Assembly: GCA_964385185.1 (NCBI GenBank)
Contig: CAYLOA010000002.1
Coordinates: 1 to 64,000, forward strand
Direction of reading: 5' to 3'
Length of the DNA: 64,000 nt
DNA from: an uncultured Methanosarcinales archaeon
GTDB taxonomy: Archaea; Nanobdellota; Nanobdellia; Woesearchaeales; CALCXY01
The notes under the pieces: generated by a model
Told to the model about the DNA's origin: nothing
Databases searched by the model: none
What the model saw: only the letters and a program-made list of their open reading frames with translations
Shown: in pieces, positions 60,267-64,000 of the stretch
How positions within the stretch are numbered: the stretch's first letter is position 1
Layout of the letters: the number at the start of each line of letters is the position of its first letter
Made by a program: the position numbers and the translations under genes

Positions 60267-62191
60267 TTAGTGTAGAAAAGATGAACAAAATACGTGTAGT
60301 AGCTCCTAAGAGCAAGAGCTATGCAGTTATCGATACTTTGTACAAATTACATGCTTTACATCTCAAAAAATATAAAGAATTGAAAGGAACAGAGCAGGGA
60401 GCTCCCCTTCAATCAGCTGAAGAGTTATCAGCTTCATTAATTAAACTACGAAATTTACTTACTTCTTTCGACTTACAATCTAGGAAAGATTTTGAACCGA
60501 TTCCCTTTTCTAGAGCTTCCTTTACTAAAAAATTAGAGGAAATCTATACCTCTTCTACTACTCTTACTAAAGACATAGCAGAAAAAGAGGCAGATTTAGT
60601 CAAAGAACAAAAAACACTCTCCATTGTTCAAGGATTGAGTAAATTAGGTGTTGATGTTAAGTCTCTTGATTCATTAACACTTACTTCGGTTGATGTGGGA
60701 ATGATTCCAGCAGATGCTGATCTTTCAGGATTACAAGATCATGGTTATAAAGTTGTGACTTTGAATGGTGAACAATTGATTGCCGTAGTAAGTGCAGCCA
60801 ATACAGATATTGAAGAACAATTATCTGGAATTGGTTTTGTTGCTCTTGATCTAGCTAACTATGCAGATGTTGTTGAACAAAAAGTAGTTCTTCAAGTGGG
60901 AAAATTAAAAAAACAATTAGAACAATTTGATAAATCTTATCTAGAATTGAAAATTCAAAATAAATCATTTTTAGTACGACATGAAAAGGTTGTAGAAGAG
61001 GAGATTCGAAAGGCTGAATTGCCCCTAGACTTTTCCATAACAGATCAATCTATTATCATTACAGGATTTGTTCCTAAAAAAGAGGTAGAAAATGTTACAA
61101 AAGGGTTGGAAGCAGCTACCAATAGTGCAGTTGATGTTGAAATACTAGACATCGATCTTCACCATGAAGATGTACCTGTTAAATTAAACAATCCTAATCC
61201 TGTTAAGAATTTTGAAGTATTAATGAGATTATATGAACTTCCTAAATATATAGAGATGGATCCGAGTATCCTTCTGTTTATTACATTCCCTTTTTTCTTC
61301 GGCTACATGCTTGGAGATGTGGGATATGGAATTGCAACTTTTATGATTTTTTACGGAGTTAAGAAAAAATTCCCAGACACGAGACAATTCATGAACGTTT
61401 TAATGATTGCTTCATTGGTGACGATAGCCTTTGGAGGGGTCTACGGAGAGTATCTCGGATTTGAGTATGTCTCGGAGGCTACCGGAGAAGCTTGGTGTGA
61501 AAAAGGAATCTGTTTTCATAAGGAACTCTTAGAACATCACGGACATGAAGAAATAGTCTATAGTTTTCCACGATTGATACAGAGAAGTCATGATAGTGTC
61601 AGTATAGGTGGGATGGACCTCTTGAGTGTACTCTTTATAGGTATTCTTATCGGTGCTGTGCATGTAAACATAGGACTTTTAGTTGGATTTTTTAACAAAT
61701 TAAAGGCACATGGATTGAAACATGCTATCTTTGAAAAATTTAGTTGGTTTGTGATGCAAGCTGGAGTTGTTCTCATTATTACCAGTTTACTTGGAGTAAC
61801 TCGAATTAGGGTCTGGGTAGGAGCCGGAGTATTTTTTTTAAGCGCAGTAATGCTCTACATTGGGGAAGGTCCTCAAGGAATTATTGAAATTCCAGCAATC
61901 TTTTCAAATATGTTAAGTTATGTGCGATTGGGAGCAGTAGGACTTGCTAGTCTTGGATTAGCATTAGTAGTAAACGAAGAACTTGCTTTGCCATTAATGG
62001 CAAAAGGAGGTGTCTGGATACTATTAGGAATAACAGTCATGATCATTGGGCATTTAATTAATATTGCCCTTGGTGTGCTTGGACCGTTTTTACACGGGAT
62101 CAGGCTCCACTATGTGGAGTTCTTCTCCAAATTTTTTTCTGGAGGAGGACAAGAATATGAGCCTTTTGGCTTAAACGATACGGAGGTATAA
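60263..62191 (+). CDS. atpI: A/V-type ATP synthase subunit I (a)
   Basis: P.Y.E.DP, GDVGYG, LSYVRL and RLHYVEFF.KF motifs. Confidence 0.95.
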   Translation: MISVEKMNKIRVVAPKSKSYAVIDTLYKLHALHLKKYKELKGTEQGAPLQSAEELSASLIKLRNLLTSFDLQSRKDFEPIPFSRASFTKKLEEIYTSSTTLTKDIAEKEADLVKEQKTLSIVQGLSKLGVDVKSLDSLTLTSVDVGMIPADADLSGLQDHGYKVVTLNGEQLIAVVSAANTDIEEQLSGIGFVALDLANYADVVEQKVVLQVGKLKKQLEQFDKSYLELKIQNKSFLVRHEKVVEEEIRKAELPLDFSITDQSIIITGFVPKKEVENVTKGLEAATNSAVDVEILDIDLHHEDVPVKLNNPNPVKNFEVLMRLYELPKYIEMDPSILLFITFPFFFGYMLGDVGYGIATFMIFYGVKKKFPDTRQFMNVLMIASLVTIAFGGVYGEYLGFEYVSEATGEAWCEKGICFHKELLEHHGHEEIVYSFPRLIQRSHDSVSIGGMDLLSVLFIGILIGAVHVNIGLLVGFFNKLKAHGLKHAIFEKFSWFVMQAGVVLIITSLLGVTRIRVWVGAGVFFLSAVMLYIGEGPQGIIEIPAIFSNMLSYVRLGAVGLASLGLALVVNEELALPLMAKGGVWILLGITVMIIGHLINIALGVLGPFLHGIRLHYVEFFSKFFSGGGQEYEPFGLNDTEV

Positions 62192-62195
62192 AAAA

Positions 62196-62420
62196 ATGGC
62201 AGGAATTGAAACAGGAATTATAGGAGTAGCAGCATCGGTGGCTATCGCTTCAACTGCTTTTGCAGCAGCTTGGGCTGAGCAGAAGATTGGAGTTGCAGCA
62301 GTAGGTGCAATGGCTGAGAATGAGAAATTATTCGGAAAAGGCCTTATCTTAACCGTTATTCCAGAGACAATTGTTATCTTTGGACTAGTTGTAGCTATCC
62401 TAATAATTGGAATGGCGTAA
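62196..62420 (+). CDS. atpK: A/V-type ATP synthase subunit K (c), single hairpin
   Basis: Two TM helices with PETIVIFG. Confidence 0.92.
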   Translation: MAGIETGIIGVAASVAIASTAFAAAWAEQKIGVAAVGAMAENEKLFGKGLILTVIPETIVIFGLVVAILIIGMA

Positions 62421-62424
62421 GAAT

Positions 62425-62979
62425 ATGGCAATAGAAGATGTGAAGCAACAGCTTCTTAGTGAAGCTGAGGCTAAAGCAAAGAAAATTGTGGCGGAAGCTG
62501 ACACACAGGTAGAGGCATCTACAAAACAGATAGAGGAAGAGGTCAAAACCTATGAATCTCATCTGCAAAAACAGAATGAAGACATGCTCACTTTGCATAA
62601 GCGAAAAGAGCTGGCTCAAGCTGAGTTTGATGGTAAGAAATTACTGTTAGATGCTAAAAAAGAACTTGTGGATCAGACGATGGAAAAAGTTCAACACATG
62701 TTAGAACAACTTCCTCCTGCAAAACGAAAAAAACTCAATGAAGCTCTTCTCAAAGAAGCTTCCAAGGAGATTACCGTTAAACAGGTAATTTTGGCAAAAA
62801 AAGACCTTAGGACTGTCTCAAAAGCAGGAATCAAAAAGATTACTGGAGACATTACTGGAGGACTCATTGCTGAAACTGCTGATGGTAAAATCTTGGTAGA
62901 CTTAAGTGTGGAGAGTATGTTGGAGCAGATTCGGGCAGAGAAGCTACAAGAAGTGAGTGAGGTGCTCTTTGGTGAGTAA
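62425..62979 (+). CDS. atpE: A/V-type ATP synthase subunit E
   Basis: Coiled N-terminus and GG.I....DG.I.VD.S.E motif. Confidence 0.9.
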   Translation: MAIEDVKQQLLSEAEAKAKKIVAEADTQVEASTKQIEEEVKTYESHLQKQNEDMLTLHKRKELAQAEFDGKKLLLDAKKELVDQTMEKVQHMLEQLPPAKRKKLNEALLKEASKEITVKQVILAKKDLRTVSKAGIKKITGDITGGLIAETADGKILVDLSVESMLEQIRAEKLQEVSEVLFGE

Positions 62980-63955
62980 ATTACGACTGGGATTTTATCC
63001 CTACACGTATGCAAGGATTGCAGTAATGAAGGGAGCTTTGATCAAGCAAGAGCAATGGGCTCAACTGCTTAAGATGGGACCTAATGAGTTACTGCGTTGG
63101 ATGCAAGATTCAGGGTATAAACCTGAGATTGACGACCTGGGTGTAGAGAAAAGGGATCTTACCCAGTTGGAGATGGCATTGACCAAGAATTTTATGCGAA
63201 CGTTAACAAAACTGCATAGAATTTCAGATGAAAAGGTACAGCAGGTGCTCAAAGTCTATGTCAAACGATATGATCTTGATAATTTCAAGACGATTATACG
63301 TGGCAAGATGACTCATGTAGCATCTGATGAACTGAGATCATTATTGGTTCCTAGCATAAACCACACCCTAGAGTATTTTGATGAGTTGTTGGCAATGGAT
63401 AATGTCGAACAGATTTTGAAAGCACTTCCCTATGAAGTTGCTGGAGATGATTTGTTTGCCATTGAAAATGCACTTGATCGAGCTCACTTTGAAGAGTTGT
63501 CACATCTGATTGAAAGAATCAGAGGACAGGGAGCTCCTATGAGGGCTTTTTTACAAGCTGAGTTAGACAATATGAACATCAAATTGATTCTTCGACTCAA
63601 AAAGGAAGAGTTTGAAGATGAGGATATTCGAAAGTATCTCATTTCACCGAGTACAAAAATGTTAGAACTCGTAGATGAAAAAGATATTGCTAGTATCATT
63701 GCAAAACTGAGAAAAGAAAAGCATGTGGTGATTGAAGGTGACAATCCTGAACTTGCTGACTTGGAGATTGATTTGGATACGGCCTTGTTAAAAAAAGAAC
63801 GACTCTTGATGCATCAACATCCTTTGACGGTAAGCGTCATCTTAGGATTTATGTTGGCAAAAGAGATTGAAGTCAAAAATTTGAAGGTGTTAATTAAAGG
63901 AAAAATGTTAGGATTGGAGGAACAGTATTTAGAAAAACTGTTGGTTGTACAATGA
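62972..63955 (+). CDS. atpC: A/V-type ATP synthase subunit C
   Basis: YPYTYARI..MKG.L, YD..N.K...R and KE.EV.N motifs. Confidence 0.92.
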   Translation: MSKLRLGFYPYTYARIAVMKGALIKQEQWAQLLKMGPNELLRWMQDSGYKPEIDDLGVEKRDLTQLEMALTKNFMRTLTKLHRISDEKVQQVLKVYVKRYDLDNFKTIIRGKMTHVASDELRSLLVPSINHTLEYFDELLAMDNVEQILKALPYEVAGDDLFAIENALDRAHFEELSHLIERIRGQGAPMRAFLQAELDNMNIKLILRLKKEEFEDEDIRKYLISPSTKMLELVDEKDIASIIAKLRKEKHVVIEGDNPELADLEIDLDTALLKKERLLMHQHPLTVSVILGFMLAKEIEVKNLKVLIKGKMLGLEEQYLEKLLVVQ

Positions 63956-64000
63956 AAGAATTAGGAGTATTAGGTGGAAGTGAATTTACACTAGGTTTTC
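63952..64000 (+). CDS. atpF: A/V-type ATP synthase subunit F (N-terminal part only)
   Basis: MKELGVLGGSEFTLGF, ATGA overlap with subunit C, expected operon order. Confidence 0.8.
   Translation, partial: MKELGVLGGSEFTLGF

Noticed and set aside
734..63744. Numerous 60-140 aa ORFs nested in or antisense to confident genes (e.g. 1940-2146, 13598-13939, 21484-21897, 48547-49246, 55530-55928, 62691-63014)
   Set aside because: They overlap well-supported genes and show no recognisable motifs.
1..64000. Alternative genetic code or stop-codon reassignment
   Set aside because: Conserved genes are full length under the standard code and end at TAA, TAG and TGA.

Overview
AT-rich, gene-dense archaeal window, most consistent with a DPANN (Woesearchaeota-like) genome. 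That placement is an inference from archaeal TATA-type promoters, SRP54, class I LysRS, Pth2, PGI/PMI, an A/V-type ATPase operon, Lhr, bacterial-type ThrRS and grpE-dnaK-dnaJ, and many short orphan genes. Most of it is housekeeping chromosome, with one 100-N scaffold gap. Features not explained by the ORF track: (1) an unusual tRNA gene with a Ser-like long-variable-arm body, a GAT anticodon, a BHB-type T-loop intron and an upstream 39-nt partial copy; (2) two large structured intergenic RNA candidates, in the heat-shock operon and beside a DEAD-box helicase; (3) an SAH-hydrolase-like gene split at an A_AAA_AAG slippery heptamer; (4) a secreted LysM + zinc-peptidase protein resembling a peptidoglycan hydrolase; (5) an idi / kinase-like / formyltransferase cluster; (6) a RimK-AbrB-like fusion with its partner protease; (7) a ProA-like protein lacking the catalytic Cys; (8) a 22-bp tandem repeat spanning the gap. 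No CRISPR array, rRNA, transposase or integrase was recognised. All calls are by-eye motif recognition with no database searches.
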